From assembly GCF_006345805.1 (NCBI RefSeq), contig NC_043003.1, forward strand, positions 34,596,001-34,660,000: a DNA stretch of 64,000 nt, given 5' to 3'. Below, piece by piece: positions 26,651 through 40,635 of this stretch; the first letter of the stretch is position 1; the number at the start of each line of letters is the position of its first letter. This DNA comes from Octopus sinensis. Lineage: Eukaryota. The position numbers were made by a program, and so were the translations under genes. Below the pieces are notes generated by a model. That model did no database searches. It was not told the DNA's origin and was given only the letters and a program-made list of their open reading frames with translations.

Positions 26651-27636
26651 ATCACCAAACGAGGAAGAAACATCAATACAAGTACACATATACATACACA
26701 TGCGCGTTCGCTCTTTAAATGTGTGTGTGTGTGCATGTGTGTGTGTGTGTATGTGTCTGTGTGTGTGTACACATGCACGTACAATCTGTCCTAATTCACG
26801 AAGTATACGCTTTACTGGAATATGCACAAACATATGAAAGCCGGAACATAAAACATACTTACACACACACACTCACACATACGCACACACTCACACACAC
26901 AAACACACACGCACACACAAACACATACAGACACACACAGAGACACACACACACGCACACGAACACACCCAGACACACATACACACACGTTAGTAGATTT
27001 ATATGAATGTCCATCTAACAAGATTATTCTGAAAGAAATGAGCAGAAGTATATATATATATATATGTATGTATGTATATATATATATATTTGGAAGAAAA
27101 ACATCAATATTTATTCTGATGTAGGAAATTCAATTTAGAAAATGACTAAAATAGTCATGAAGCATCGTTGGTGACTTTCTACTTTAAGAAGGAGAATAAT
27201 GATTAAAAATAACACCGATAACAATAACAAGAAAAATTAGAAATATTTTCAAAATATTATAGGAAATACTAATTATATATTTGGAATCTTAATGAGCAGT
27301 GAATGTTATCATAAAAATCTCATGTGTACAAAACTGTTCCGTAGATCTTTAGCGTGATACGTACTGTATCACGGTCAACTTCACCTACACTTCTATACAT
27401 CATTCTTCATTATATTTTTCCTCTCAATTGTCAGCCTGTTCTTTTCTACTTTCCTTTCATTATTAACAAAAATATAATGAAGTTAACTCAAATGATGATA
27501 ACAGTGATATTAAAGGTAACGATTTCAAATATAAGCTCATGGCTACAAAATTTAGACTTGAGTATAATCGACCGACTCGTCATCATAATCACCATCATCA
27601 TAATCATCATCATCATCATCATCATCCTCCTCCTCC

Positions 27637-27672
<36 letters not shown>

Positions 27673-27809
27673 CAATTACGGCTACGAATCTAGAGTGTGA
27701 TTCGACGTGATTGCTTCATCTTAATGCTAAGATGTAAAAAGTAAATGTGTTTGATATCCTAAAAATTAAAGTATCGTCACAGCTGTATTTTTTTTTGATT
27801 ACTGACCTA

Positions 27810-28051
27810 TAGGGTGTTCAGAAAGTCTCTCCGTAGTGATCTTTTATTCTCCAAGATATATTTCAAAGTATGTGTAGAAGTGTTAACTTCTGTATTGAAA
27901 ATGAAGGACGACACTTTTAACACCTCTTATAAAGTTTTTTTTTAAAGTTTTGTATTGTCTAATGTATTCTTTTGTAGTCTTATACCATCTTATAAATATT
28001 TATTTTGCAATAAAAATACTTACTGTGGAGAAACTTTTTGAACACACTCTG
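27810..28051. mobile_element. Tc1/mariner-type MITE, ~240 bp
   Basis: Imperfect ~30-bp TIRs (tagggtgttcagaaagtctctccgtagtga / ttactgtggagaaactttttgaacacactctg) with TA on both sides (27808-09, 28052-53). Confidence 0.75.
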
Positions 28052-28372
28052 TATTCTCCTCAGGATTGGTAGACATAATGTAAGCATCCTTGTAGTGATA
28101 CTTGCAATAATATTCTGCTAAAAATCTCTTTGAAATATTTTTTCAGAATGGGTTTCTAGTCTCACAAATAACAACCCCTGATTACAAAACACCTTGTTGA
28201 TTAAAGAATTTGAGAAATAATACTAATACCGGATAAAGGCACGAAATAAACAACAACAACAACAACACCACCATCAACAACAACAGCAACAACATTAATA
28301 AAAATAGCTATGGCTCTCATGGCTTCGGATATTAACTGTTTAGAAATGTTATCATGTACAAGATTTGTCGAT

Positions 28373-28548
28373 CTTTTCTACTATAGGCACAAGGCCTGAG
28401 GTTTTGTAGAAACGACCAGTCGATTACATCGACCCCATGGACTCCGGAAGAATTAAAGGAGAAGTCAAGCTCAGCGTAATTTGAACTTGGAAGGTAAAGA
28501 CAGACGACATGCCTCTCAGCCTTTTGTCCAGAGTACAAACGATTCTGC
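28373..28548 (-). mobile_element. Degenerate SINE family B copy
   Basis: gtcgattacatcgacccca and aatttgaact blocks are reverse complements of family B motifs. Confidence 0.65.
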
Positions 28549-28549
28549 C

Positions 28550-28615
<66 letters not shown>

Positions 28616-28733
28616 AAGAAGAAGAAGAAGAAGAAGAAGAAGAAAAGAAGAAGAAGAAGAAGAAGAAGAAGAAGAAGAAGAAGAAGAAGAAGAAGAAGAG
28701 AAGAAGAAGAAGAAGAAGAAGAAGAAGAAGAAA
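28550..28733. repeat. (AAT)n followed by (AAG)n microsatellites
   Basis: Direct reading. Confidence 0.97.
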
Positions 28734-28744
28734 TGCCCTCATGC

Positions 28745-29100
28745 AGTACCAGGCACAGGCTCTCATGGTTTCTGATCTTAACTGATTGGAATTGTTAACG
28801 TGTACATTGTCTTGGTATAAAAGATGGGCTTCAGTAAATATTCTACTCAATACCACATATTTGCTTGTCAGTTGTTTGACCATAACCAGTTGAGCATGTC
28901 TCTTGGTGGCTGACGTTATGTGCATCTCTGATCACAAGTTGTGGGGGAATATCATAGCCATGTGTTGAGAGCAATTCTTTGGGGTTTGAATGATTCACCT
29001 CTGGAAACATGGCTTTTTCGCTCATCATCCTTAAACAAACCTTATTAAAGGACCTTTTGAACGGGCTACTCAACCTGAAGAAAATTCTAATTGGACCCTA
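28745..29100 (-). mobile_element. Probable interspersed repeat (SINE or LINE-UTR type) adjoining the Tx1 fragment
   Basis: Recognised from memory as a common octopus repeat; single copy in this window, so not verifiable here. Confidence 0.35.
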
Positions 29101-29880
29101 GGGGCAAGTGTCCTCTCCAGTTCCTGCTCTTCAACTCGTAGGTCTACATTTAGAGAGGTACCATCCACCCTTGCAATTTTCGCAACTTTCACCCATCTTT
29201 TAATAAGCTCACTCGAGGACAGCGCTTCCCTCTCCATTCCCAATTTCCTTTACAAGTGAAACTCGAAAAAGTCAATGAGAGCTCTACCAAAGAGAAATGA
29301 TCTGCCCTCATGCCTTTCAACCTTGTCATCAAACAACCTCTTCCGCCACAGCCACCAGTCAAAGGAAAACTGTCTTGCATGCCCAATTAAAGGAGGGCGG
29401 TGGTACGATCATCTCTACAGACTCGGCTGACAGACGGATCTGTCTCACACGTGATAACAGCTTTTCAACACAACCTCACAAGTGAGCAATGCCCGGACAC
29501 TGAAAGAGGGCGTGCAAAACGTTTTCGTCACTCTGTGCGTACCTCGGACAAGTCCATTTGACAGCACATCCGTGCCTGTAGAGTTTATCATGAACCGGTG
29601 GCTACCCCTTGTAGCACTGCCAGCACTGCCAGGCCATGGACATTTGGAAATTATCCATGATAGTTCCCGACTGAAAAGTCCCCTGGAACAGACCAGCCAG
29701 TTTGTTCTCGTCGACGCCCAGAGTCTCCCCCGAGAACATTGTCGCAGTTGCCTGCCACTAATTCTCTATAACTTTCTAAAGTGGAACTTTCACCGACCCC
29801 ATTGCCCATTCACCGATCCCATAGAGGGTTGTGAGCACCTGGCGACATTCTAGGTGCCAGGAATCTAAGCAAGGACAATT
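29100..29880 (-). mobile_element. Second Tx1/L1-clade LINE fragment (ORF2 C-terminal region), decayed
   Basis: Minus-strand AWQCYKG*PPVHDKLYRHG..TCPRY..SDENVLHALFQCP (C-terminal CCHC-type zinc finger region); downstream segment corresponds to the 5650-5870 relic. Confidence 0.8.
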
Positions 29881-30208
29881 AAAGAAGACACAGTGAGAAG
29901 AAAGTAGAAAGAAGGGAAATATTTCTCTCCTGAAACGAATAATACTAGCAGCAAAACTATAACAAAAGAATCCTTCTTATCATCATCATCATCATTAACA
30001 ACAACAACAAAAATTAATCACATGCTCGCTGCTTCTGCAACAGTGCCAATACTATCCAAGAACAAATGTTATGAGCAGCATCAGATGGCAGGCAGCTAAA
30101 GTAGCAGCAGTAGCAACAATAACGTGCGCTAAAAGAGCAAAAATAACTTTTCATATCAATGTCAACAAAGACAGCAAACTAAAACCTAAAAACAAAAACG
30201 TCAGCTAA

Positions 30209-30273
<65 letters not shown>

Positions 30274-30620
30274 AATAGTTAAAACAACAAGAGCAACTGT
30301 TACAAATAAAGCAAAAAGAACAAAACAAAACACTATAACTTTATGAGCAGCAGCAGGAAGAACTAAGCCAAAGGAGAACAATAAGAGAAATCCCGCTAAA
30401 GATTCTTCCAAAACAACATGAAACTAGTGGCAAAAATGACAGCAATCTCTCCAACAAGGCAGACAATTTCAAGTCAAGTAGTGGTAAGTGTGCACTAAAA
30501 ACACCTGCTTCACAGTCATAAGAAAGAATTGCATTCAGCTGCTGTCCTCAACCTCTTAGACAGAATCCACTTAGAATTCCTGTAATCCGTAATGATTTAT
30601 TGCTGTGTATATCTAATTAT

Positions 30621-31190
30621 ATTCTTTTATTATTTTACTTGTTTCAGTCATTGGATTGCGACCATGCTAGAGTACTGTGCTTTCGGGGTTTTTTCTGTCT
30701 TTGTTTGTTTGTTTTTTAAAGTCTATTACAGTGATGCTTATGTTTTTAGTCTCGAACTGATATTTTTTCTATAGTTTATAATTTACTGATTCGCTGAGTT
30801 ACAATTTTCAGTGAACATTAGACCCTGTTTTCAGCCTCTGGTTATTTTGTGAAATATATAAACACATACACACACGTACATACACACACACACGCACACA
30901 TACACATACGCACATAAAAAACACACACGCACACACGTACACACACACATTCATCACATTTATTACATTCGTACATGATTGAATGAATGTATGTATTTAC
31001 GGATATACATATATTCATACATACGTATATGTGTTTGCATGCTTGTTTCTCTATGTATGTGCGTACACAAGTATGTGTGCTTGTATGACGGTTTTATGTC
31101 TATAGATTTTCACAAATAACGTATTGGTCAGTCTTGGGCGCTGTAGTAGAAGGCACTTGTCCAACATACTGAACACTAGAAACGAGTAGA
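30621..31190 (-). mobile_element. Highly degenerate SINE family A copy with expanded central microsatellite
   Basis: 3' block ttttacttgtttcagtcattggattgcgaccatgctagag at 30621-30690; 5' block gtagtagaaggcacttgtcc near 31143. Confidence 0.45.
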
Positions 31191-31214
31191 AAAGGACGGT
31201 GTTGTGATGCTTCT

Positions 31215-31342
31215 CTCTTTCTCTCTATCTCTCCCCTCTCTCGTCTCTTTCTCTCTATCTCTCCCCTCTCTCGTCTCTTTCTCTCTATCTCTCCCCTCTC
31301 TCGTCTCTTTCTCTCTATCTCTCCCCTCTCACGTCTCTTTCA
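31215..31342. repeat. 30-bp pyrimidine-rich minisatellite (ctctttctctctatctctcccctctctcgt), ~4 units
   Basis: Direct reading. Confidence 0.92.
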
Positions 31343-32566
31343 CTCTGTTACAAGCACACAAGCGGTGCATATTTATTGATAACAGTATCTTGGTATAGGA
31401 ACACACCAATTCTTAAACTATGCAGTATTATTTTCCTTTATTCAAATTCTCTAAAAATTAAAAGCTAGAATTAAAAAAGTGGCAAAAAAAAATTACTAGA
31501 TTCATTCTGCGATAGACTAGTGCCAAAATTTAGAGAATTCTTGTAAATTAGTTGCCTTGCAGATAGAAATTGCACAATTCTAAATATGGGACTTGCTCCA
31601 TAAATAGGAATTCTAAATTCTCAATCACCGCAGAACTATTTCTCACAGTTACTAGTTAACACATGCATTAATATACAAGTCTAATTATCTATGTATGTGT
31701 GAATAAATAAAAAAAATGTATATCTACTTCTTTAGATTCATGAATGCCTAAGACAGATATTGCAATTGTTCGTTTTCGATATTTATATATGCTTCTTTAT
31801 AGGCATGGGTAGAGATCTTTTGTAGGTACATATATTTGTGTATACAAACGCACACACACACACATACACATGCACACGCGCGGGCGTACAGACGAATTCA
31901 TACATGCACAGGCACACGTCAGCACATAAACGTATAGACACAGATATACATATGTATGCCTGTGTGTGTTAGTGCGTGCATGTCAAGGTGCTTATATAAA
32001 CATATAGGTTTATATGTTCATGACACGCATACCTACACTCATATATGTATATGAAGAGAATGCATGTGTTTATTTTTATATATTTATCTCATAGAAACAG
32101 TATTCCCAGAGTTATTAAGAAGCATTCCATTTTAATGTGGATGCTTTGACTAATTTTCAGTCAATTCTGTCCACATTTTTTCTGTGTGTGTGTGTGTGTG
32201 TTTGTGCTTGTATGTCTGTGTGAGTGTATGTCTGCGTGTATGCGCGTGTGCGTGTTTGTGTGTAATTTTGTATGCGTGTATGTATATTCGTAATGTATAA
32301 TTGAAATATTCTTTGGCAAATGTTCTCTGCCGTGAATTTATAACGGCTGATAGATAAATAGATACATACATATGTATATATACAAACATACATACCCACA
32401 CACACACCACACACACACACACTATATATATATATATATAATATATATATAATATATATAACAATATATATACAATATATATATATATATATACGTGTAT
32501 ATAATAAACAACATATATATATAACAAATATATATATATACACATATATATATAATATATATGTAC

Positions 32567-32632
<66 letters not shown>

Positions 32633-34659
32633 CATACATACATGATGATATGACTTTTATCACTCTATCGGAAATTGATATCATATATACAGCCAGTTAA
32701 AGGTAAGGAAAATTACCTAGAAGACTGCCAGCTGGACTAAGAGATCCACGGTCTTTTCAAGTTATGGACTTTTTACAGTCTAAAGGCTACGCAATTTAGC
32801 GGACTATATGGCTCTGTACTTAATTTGTTGTTCCTGAAAATTTAATGTCAAAATCGATGTTGGCCGTATTTGAACTCATGATATAAAAGAATATAGATAA
32901 ATATACTAAACTAAATTTAGTTTTGCATTTTCTCCCATTTTCAATTCACTATATTCTAGAAATTATACAGAAAATTTTTATACAGATTAGCTACAAGTTC
33001 AGTTTAAATAAGTACAAAAAGTTGATGTATCTTTTGCTCCTGTCTGTTAATAAAAGCATTATTTTCCTCTCTTTACGTTTCTGCAAGGTTTCCATATATT
33101 TTGAGAAAAGCAATCTTGAATGTCTTGTCCAAAATATACTGATATACTTAGATGGATAAGGCTTCAGATTTTAAGAAGTTAACTACGAAACATTCATACC
33201 CTTTCTGTATATTAGGAATTTACTATAAAGCTGATGTATCACTTGCTCAAAATATTATTTCTGGATTACAACGCACTCCACAAATAGGATAGCCATTTCT
33301 TTGTGTTGCGATTGCCTGTATCCACTGTGATTGAAACCGTGTAACGAGCTAGATCACTGTGAAGACAATTTTAACCATACGGTACTCATCAGTTTTACAA
33401 TGTAGCATATTATAGACAAATAAGTTCGTTATTTGCATAATTGCAGGAACAAACAGAGGATATTTATGAGGTCACTATAAAATTACCATTTATTCATTTA
33501 TAAACACTACTTCCAGATGTTTAGAATCTCATCAACCGTGCTCGTTTGTTAATATTAGCATTTGAAAGTTGTTACTGTGTTTGAGCAACCTATTTGAGAA
33601 GGCAGTGTTTCTAAAATTTGGAAATATATTAATTAACTAAACAGAATTTGAAATGCTAATGATTCAAGTCTTGGCTTTTCAGACTAACAAAGTATCTGTT
33701 GATATTTGTGAATCTTAAATGTTATCAATCTAATAGGTTAAATGTTAGAAATGAAAGAAAATTAACAAAAATGAAAGAAATTTAAAAAAACTAATATTAG
33801 AGCTAATCAAATATAATCATTATAATTCTAGAAGTCTCGTGCTAGTCTACATATATAAGAGCCAGTTAATTTAAAATAAAATTCGCACTTCTTGCGTCTA
33901 TGTGATTGTGATAATATTGCTTGTAGTTGGCCGAGAAGATCAAATATCGTTTAATTGTTCATATGGTTGTGTGTTTTTATCTTATTTTTTTTTAATAGTA
34001 GTATCAGTAGCATGGTATTTACCTTCAACTGTCCCAAGTCATTTAGGCCATTTTATCGAGATTAGATATCGCGGGGAGCAGACAGTGTTCAACTCTAGTA
34101 CTACGCTATACATCCAATGAATGTGTTTCGCGTTGGAGGCTCACTTCACTAATGTAACCAGCAGGAACACTTGATAATTAACGAATGTTTCGTTTTATCC
34201 AGTGTTGAGTTGAACTCCATTGTTACAAGTCAGTAATTTTCAATCACCCGTTAATGAATTCTTCTCTCGAAGAAAATTGATTCTGTAAAATTTGTTTTAC
34301 ATAAGTATTGATTAATTAGTTTGTTAATTCTGATCCAGTTTCACTAATAATGTTACTCATTTATTACATTAATTAAGTATTCTGTATACACCTTAGAAAT
34401 AACTATTCAGTCTTGAAGAAGGTAAATGGATGAGGCATTACATTATCAGAGTCACCATGAGCTGCATGTTTTTCTCAGTTATAAGGTGTGTCTAAAAAGG
34501 AAATTCAATTCAACGCGCTTCATTACACATGCGGAGGAAGGTACAACTTCGTTGAATGTTATTTCACTTCAGAATTATATATATACATCGGGATAACTCT
34601 AAATTGTTTATCCTTTACCGAGGGCAAGTTAGATTTGGAGAGATAATAATTATAAAGAC

Positions 34660-34712
<53 letters not shown>

Positions 34713-34871
34713 ACTTGTAACCTTGATAATAATTTAAAAGAAATATCGAAACTAGAAAGTGGGACAGTATCACAAACGTAAAAAGGAAATTAAAGACAAT
34801 TCGTGTTCTGCTTAAAATAGTCGAGACGTTTTCTATTTGATAAATAGTCCTGTGGTCAGAACACAAGCAGA

Positions 34872-34987
<116 letters not shown>

Positions 34988-35890
34988 AAATACTCCAAAA
35001 TAGTTAAATACGTAACAAAACGTGTCGAAATGTAACAAAATGATCTGCTAGAAATAACTGTCAAAATGCAATCAAATCAGATCATAGTATCCTAAAAAGG
35101 AAGAGCACGTTAGGTAATGTAAGTCTTACATAGACTCTAAGAAAAAGACAAGATAGTCGTAGCTTTCGCGACTTTGATCATAACCTACTCAATAAGGTTT
35201 GACCTGAGGCTAAACAATAAAATATACGGCGTAACGTAAACAATAAACAAGTGAATAGAATGAAGGAAGTAAAAGAAAAAACGAAACGTTTAACTGCTTA
35301 AAAGACAGAGATAAAATACATAGTACATAAAAGATGAAATGTAAGTTAAACAACATTAAGAAGAGATGCAAAAAATATATTGAAGACAGACCCAAACATG
35401 TATACAAAAGAAATGGCAAAAGCTGTACTACATTAAATGATAGAAAACTACAAAAAGTAAGACAAGAAAGTACATTAACATAAGAAGAATGAAGTACAAA
35501 AAGAAAAAAAAATGATACAAAAACATATATCAAAGGTAAACAACAAAGTACAGCACATTTATTATATTAATCATAACAAAATGGTCGATTCCATTAACAT
35601 TTGATCTCGTATGTATGAATGTATCTATGTATGTATCTACTTATGTATATATGCTTATATCTAAGTTTATATTATCTAAGTATGCACATACCAACATACG
35701 TACATATGTATGTATGGCGTATGCATGTATGTGTGTATGTATATATGTATGCAATGTATGTATGTATTCATGTATGCATCGTAAGATAGACAGATATAAA
35801 TACATGCTTAAATACAGACATATATCACATACACGCGTATTTAATATATATATATATATATAGATATCTATATATATATATATATATATC

Positions 35891-35921
<31 letters not shown>

Positions 35922-36549
35922 CATATATGTATATACATATATATGTATATACACACACACAGACACACACATATATCAAAAAAAGCTTTGACAATGATTT
36001 CCTTGTTTTGTCTGACGAAGCCAACGATAGAGGTTACTTCGAAGATACTCTCAACATTTTCCTTGAAAAATATAAGTGATATTCTATTGAAATATATTGA
36101 ACGATGTTTTAAATATTGTTTTGCTAGTCCTCTATATTTATATATACATGAACGTCTGTGTGAACAAAATATGTGTGTATATATAGATATAATAAATATA
36201 CATAGACACACGGATGCACGTACACATGAACACATATACACACGCGCGAGCGTGCACACACACGCATACACATACACACCGCTCACACGCACAGAGGCAC
36301 ATACACACACGCACACATAAACTGCAAACAGTTTCCTTTCAAATATGCCATAACTAAGACAGCACTGTTCGAGTTTAAACTTTCCTTACTAATGTTTTTC
36401 TATCACTTTTTCTATCACGTTAGGCCTTTGCAAACACACACCCATACGTACGCACACTCATGCACGCATACACGCTCGTACACACACATATACATACATG
36501 CGCACATGAAGACATTCATGCATGCATGCATGCATGCATCCATCCAAAG

Positions 36550-36580
<31 letters not shown>

Positions 36581-37654
36581 CGTAGGGAGAGAGAGACATG
36601 TATTCGTGTAAGTGTAATATATATATATATATATATGGAGAGAGAGAGACAGAGAGAGAGAGAGGGGATGGGGAGAGAAAGGGAGAGTGAAAAAGGGAAA
36701 GTAAGTGAGAGCAAGATGTTCGAAAACGTTGATGTTTGAATGGAGATTTCATTTTGCTCATATGTGTCGCTGGTCAGAATGGTCGATTCTTTGTTTCATT
36801 ATTGGAGTAATTGCAAAAATTTTCTATGGAAAGGATGCTTGAATTTTATCGAAAGGTGTATATTGAATTGTAATATAGAGATAAAGTCAAAAATTTTGCT
36901 CCGGAGGTTTTGTTGTCGATTAAGTTACTATCTATGACCAGCACCATCTTAAGGCACTGGCACACGGGGCAGTTGCTCGAGAGCTGCACGGCTATAGAGA
37001 TTCAATTTCAATCAATGTATATAACTTCTATAGAGCTCGGTGCATCTAAGTCGGCACTGTCTAAGTCCCACTTAGTTTATCGACTTCCGAATGACGAAAC
37101 GTAATTCTGGATGTGTTAGTGTTATTTAATCTTGCCGTTGTTGCCCTCAATCGTAGAAATTTCATGGAAAATAATGGTTAAATTTCTTCAGGTTTTGTCA
37201 TAAGAGCAAAAACAAAGCCCTTAAGTTTTTTTCAAGCATCCCGATGTTGTAGGAGAAAATGATCCTCAGATCCGTGGCCAAGCCCGAATACATTATAAGC
37301 AAGTAGTACCGTGAAAACCGTCCGAGTGTCAAGTATTGGTGCTAAGCTGAGCGGACAATTATGTATAACGCACACGATTTTTAGTTTTGAGTCCAAGCAA
37401 GATAGTAACCAGGAGTAATCATCAAATCTTACTTGAAGAAGATTTAACAATAAGCAACACAATCATTTCAATAAGCAACGGTTGTTTCAATCTGCTGAAC
37501 CGGCCTAAAAGCCATGACAAGTGATATCCACCTTGTAAAGCGAAAGAGAAATAATGAGAGAGCGGAAGAGAAAACAACAGATAATGATAGAGGGACAAGA
37601 ACAGGATGAGCGAACTGGTCAATTCGTGAATGATGAATTCATTTCGTTCTTATG

Positions 37655-38014
37655 CAGAGGTTCTCAAATTTTTGGGCCACCGCCCCCCACCCTCATGGCC
37701 ACATAATACCCCAGCACCCCCATCCCTATTTCTATGTATAGATAAATATCTTATGTTACTAATTTATATATACTATGAACAAATATATACTATATTTGTT
37801 ATTTAATATAATATAATATTATTTGTATACTATACTATGATAATATATAATTTGTAAGCAATACTATAATAATATCATAATAAATTCATAGCGTCTCCCA
37901 TCCACTGACTTCTTCCCAACACCTTTTTCTATACCACCCCCTTAGGCACCAGTGCCCACCTGCACCGTGTCACCGCCCACCTGGGGACGGTAGCACCCAC
38001 TTTGAGGACCTATG
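37655..38014. mobile_element. Non-autonomous hAT (Charlie-like) element, 360 bp
   Basis: TIRs cagaggttctcaaa / tttgaggacctatg (12/14 complementary); 8-bp TSD ttcttatg (37647-54) and ttctaatg (38015-22). Confidence 0.85.
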
Positions 38015-38053
38015 TTCTAATGTTCACAGGTAGAAAATCTTTTTTTAAATATA

Positions 38054-38475
38054 GGCGCAGGAGTGGCTGTGTGGTAAGTAGCTTGCTTACCAACGACATG
38101 GTTTCGGGTTCAGTCCCACTGCGTGGCACCTTGGTCAAGTGTCTTCTACTATAGCCTCGGGCCGACCAAAGCCTTGTGAGTGGATTTGGTAGACGGAAAC
38201 TGAAAGAAGCCTGTCGTATATATGTATATATATATATATGTGTGTGCGTATATGTTTGTGTGTCTGTGTTTGTCCCCCTAACATCACTTGACAACCGATG
38301 CTGGTGTGTTTATGTCCCCGTAGCTTAGCGGTTCGGCAAAAGAGACCGATAGAATAAGTACTGGGCTTACAAAAGAATAAGTCCCGGGGTCGAGTTGCTC
38401 GACTAAAAGCGGTGCTCCAGCATGGCCGCAGTCAAATGACTGAAACAAGTAAAAGAGTAAAAGAGAGTAAAGAGA
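38054..38475 (+). mobile_element. tRNA-derived SINE family A, full-length
   Basis: A box gtggctgtgtggtaag, B box gggttcagtccc, central (TA)/(TG)n, (GTAAAAGA)n tail; near-identical to 60128-60535. Confidence 0.93.
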
Positions 38476-39084
38476 ATATATATATATTGAGTTTTATTCC
38501 TGCTCCTGAACATGTATTTAGTGATTCCCTGAGTCTTGCTTTGGCAAGAACGCTGGAGTTTAATACGCAGTTTAATACTTCAGTCGTTGTCTCTCGTACC
38601 TGTTGACATGATTTGAATAATATTAAGAATAGAGATAATGTTATCGTTTTTCCTGACCGCTTAATTATTTTGATAACGTTCATTTTTTTTTTTTTCATGT
38701 TCGTTGTATTAACTATATTCGCAGTTATTTAACTAAATATAGCATGACATTTTAACTCGCATTCTAATGTCTGACACAAACAGTACTCGTGACTTTTTAA
38801 AGTAATTTGTACTGGTACACTGTCTGAATACTGGTATGCAGGTTAAAGCGATATTAAAAACAATCTTAAATAGCCACTCCCTTTCCAGCTTTCTTCCTTT
38901 CTTTAATACTTTCACCACCCACCCCATCCAACTCTCCATCTGCCTGCTTGTTGCTAACTTACAAATCAATTTACCTGTATATCTTCACCAGTCTGTATAG
39001 CTACACTCGCACACTCATCTATTTATATACATATATATATATATACACGCACACACACATACGTATACACATATATATGTCTAT

Positions 39085-39210
39085 ATCTATCTACCTACCA
39101 CTCGCCATGATAGATCGCTAGCCACTAAACCTTTTCTATTTTCTCTCCCTATTTATTTGTGTACCTTTCTGTCGAAGAGCGTAGGCTCGAAACGTAAAAG
39201 ACTTTCTTAC
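39085..39210 (+). mobile_element. Short hammerhead-carrying element (same family as 54172-54370), 3'-truncated, between (TA)n tracts
   Basis: cgccatgatagatcgctagccacta...gtacctttctgtcgaagagcgtaggctcgaaacgtaaaagacttt is collinear with 54174-54278. Confidence 0.8.
39165..39200 (+). ncRNA. Minimal type-I hammerhead ribozyme motif with A6U core variant
   Basis: cttt-CTGTCGA-A-gagc-gtag-gctc-GAAA-CG-TA-aaag: helix I 4 bp, helix II 4 bp, palindromic ACGT helix III. Confidence 0.75.
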
Positions 39211-39236
39211 TTAGTTGTTATATATGTATATGTATA

Positions 39237-39293
<57 letters not shown>

Positions 39294-39525
39294 GCATATA
39301 TATATATATATGTTGTATGTATGTGTATATATTTCTTGTTTATCCATTACTTTATACATCTATGCTCTTTCTCTCCTTCTCCCTCTCCCTATATGTATGC
39401 ATATATATATGTATGTATGTATGTATATATATGCATGCATATATATATATGTGTGTGTATGTGTATATATATATATATATATATAATATATATATATACC
39501 TTTAGCCATTAATTTTTCTTTCCAT

Positions 39526-39613
<88 letters not shown>
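39526..39613. repeat. (TCTA)n microsatellite
   Basis: Direct reading. Confidence 0.97.
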
Positions 39614-39614
<1 letters not shown>

Positions 39615-40416
39615 CATCCATCTACCTACCACTCTCCTATCAGTGCCAATTGCCCAAATCACCATCTAAATTTGCATTGTTTCGATTATTTTAGAGACAA
39701 TTGTAAATTACAGGCGATATTTCTTCGATGTTTCTGTAGAATTGAATCGTGGAATCACTGGCGGCAAGAACAATTTCCATGTACATTGTTAAAGATGTCT
39801 TACTTTTTCTCTTTTTTCTTTCCTTCTTTCTTTTTTCCTGCTTTTGTTTATTCATTTTCCTTTTTATTAATATCTACTGCAAGAACTTTTATTTCGCTAT
39901 TTTTCTGATAGCATTTTATTTGTTGTTATTTTCGTTAATTTGATTATTTATTTGTTTGTTTGTTTGTTTGCTTGTTTGGTTTGGTTTGTTGGTTGGTTCG
40001 TTCATCGCTTCCTATTTTTCATCGTTGTTTTGTCGTCCCGTTCTGTTACTACTTTCGCCGATATATATTTTTAAGTGACGACGACAACGACGGCGATGAT
40101 GCGCTCGAGGACGAGAATGAAGATGCTGTTGTTTTTGTTGTTGTTGTTGTTGTTTTTGATGATGATGATGATGATGATAATGATGATGATGATGATACTG
40201 TTGCGGTAATGAATGGAAAAGGATAACAATTTCTTTTTTTTAAATCAGGAATGAAAAATGAATGAATTAGTCAGTGGATTGCTTGGAGAATCGGAAAGAG
40301 AGTGAGTAAATAACGGAAAGAGAAAGAGGGTTATAGAAAATAAATAAAAGAAATAAAAGAAAGAAGGAATGAAAGAAAGAAAGATAGGAAGGAAGAAAGA
40401 AAGAAAGAAATAATAA

Positions 40417-40419
<3 letters not shown>

Positions 40420-40453
<34 letters not shown>

Positions 40454-40635
40454 TAATGATGATGATGATGTGATGATAATAATAATAATAATAATAATAA
40501 ATAATAATAATAATAATAATCAGAAGAAGAAGAAGAAGAAGAAGAAGAAAAGGAAGAAGAAAACGAAGAAGAAAAAGAAGAAGAAAACGAAGAAGAAAAA
40601 GAAGAAGAAGAAGAAAACGAAGAAGAAAAAGACGA
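40420..40635. repeat. Compound (AAT)n/(GAT)n/(GAA)n tract
   Basis: Direct reading. Confidence 0.93.

Noticed and set aside
26134-26784. 216-aa minus-strand ORF, the longest with a non-repetitive core
   Set aside because: The core aligns with a decayed plus-strand family-C SINE, and both ends are microsatellite.
30339-30489. Open frame YEQQQEELSQRR...KSSSG ending at a perfect G|GTAAGT donor
   Set aside because: In-frame stop at 30336, no acceptor or ATG, surrounded by triplet low-complexity sequence; could be a UTR exon but unsupported.
35140-35200. Minus-strand GAAA-GC-TA flanked by agtcg/cgact
   Set aside because: No CUGANGA-like core at the right position; at most a heavily decayed remnant.
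36019-36065. CTGACGA...GAAG with a partial hairpin
   Set aside because: No GAAA, no helix I.
37064-37108. CTGTCTA-A-gtc...gac-GAAA-CG-TA
   Set aside because: Helix I does not form and G8 is missing; likely chance.
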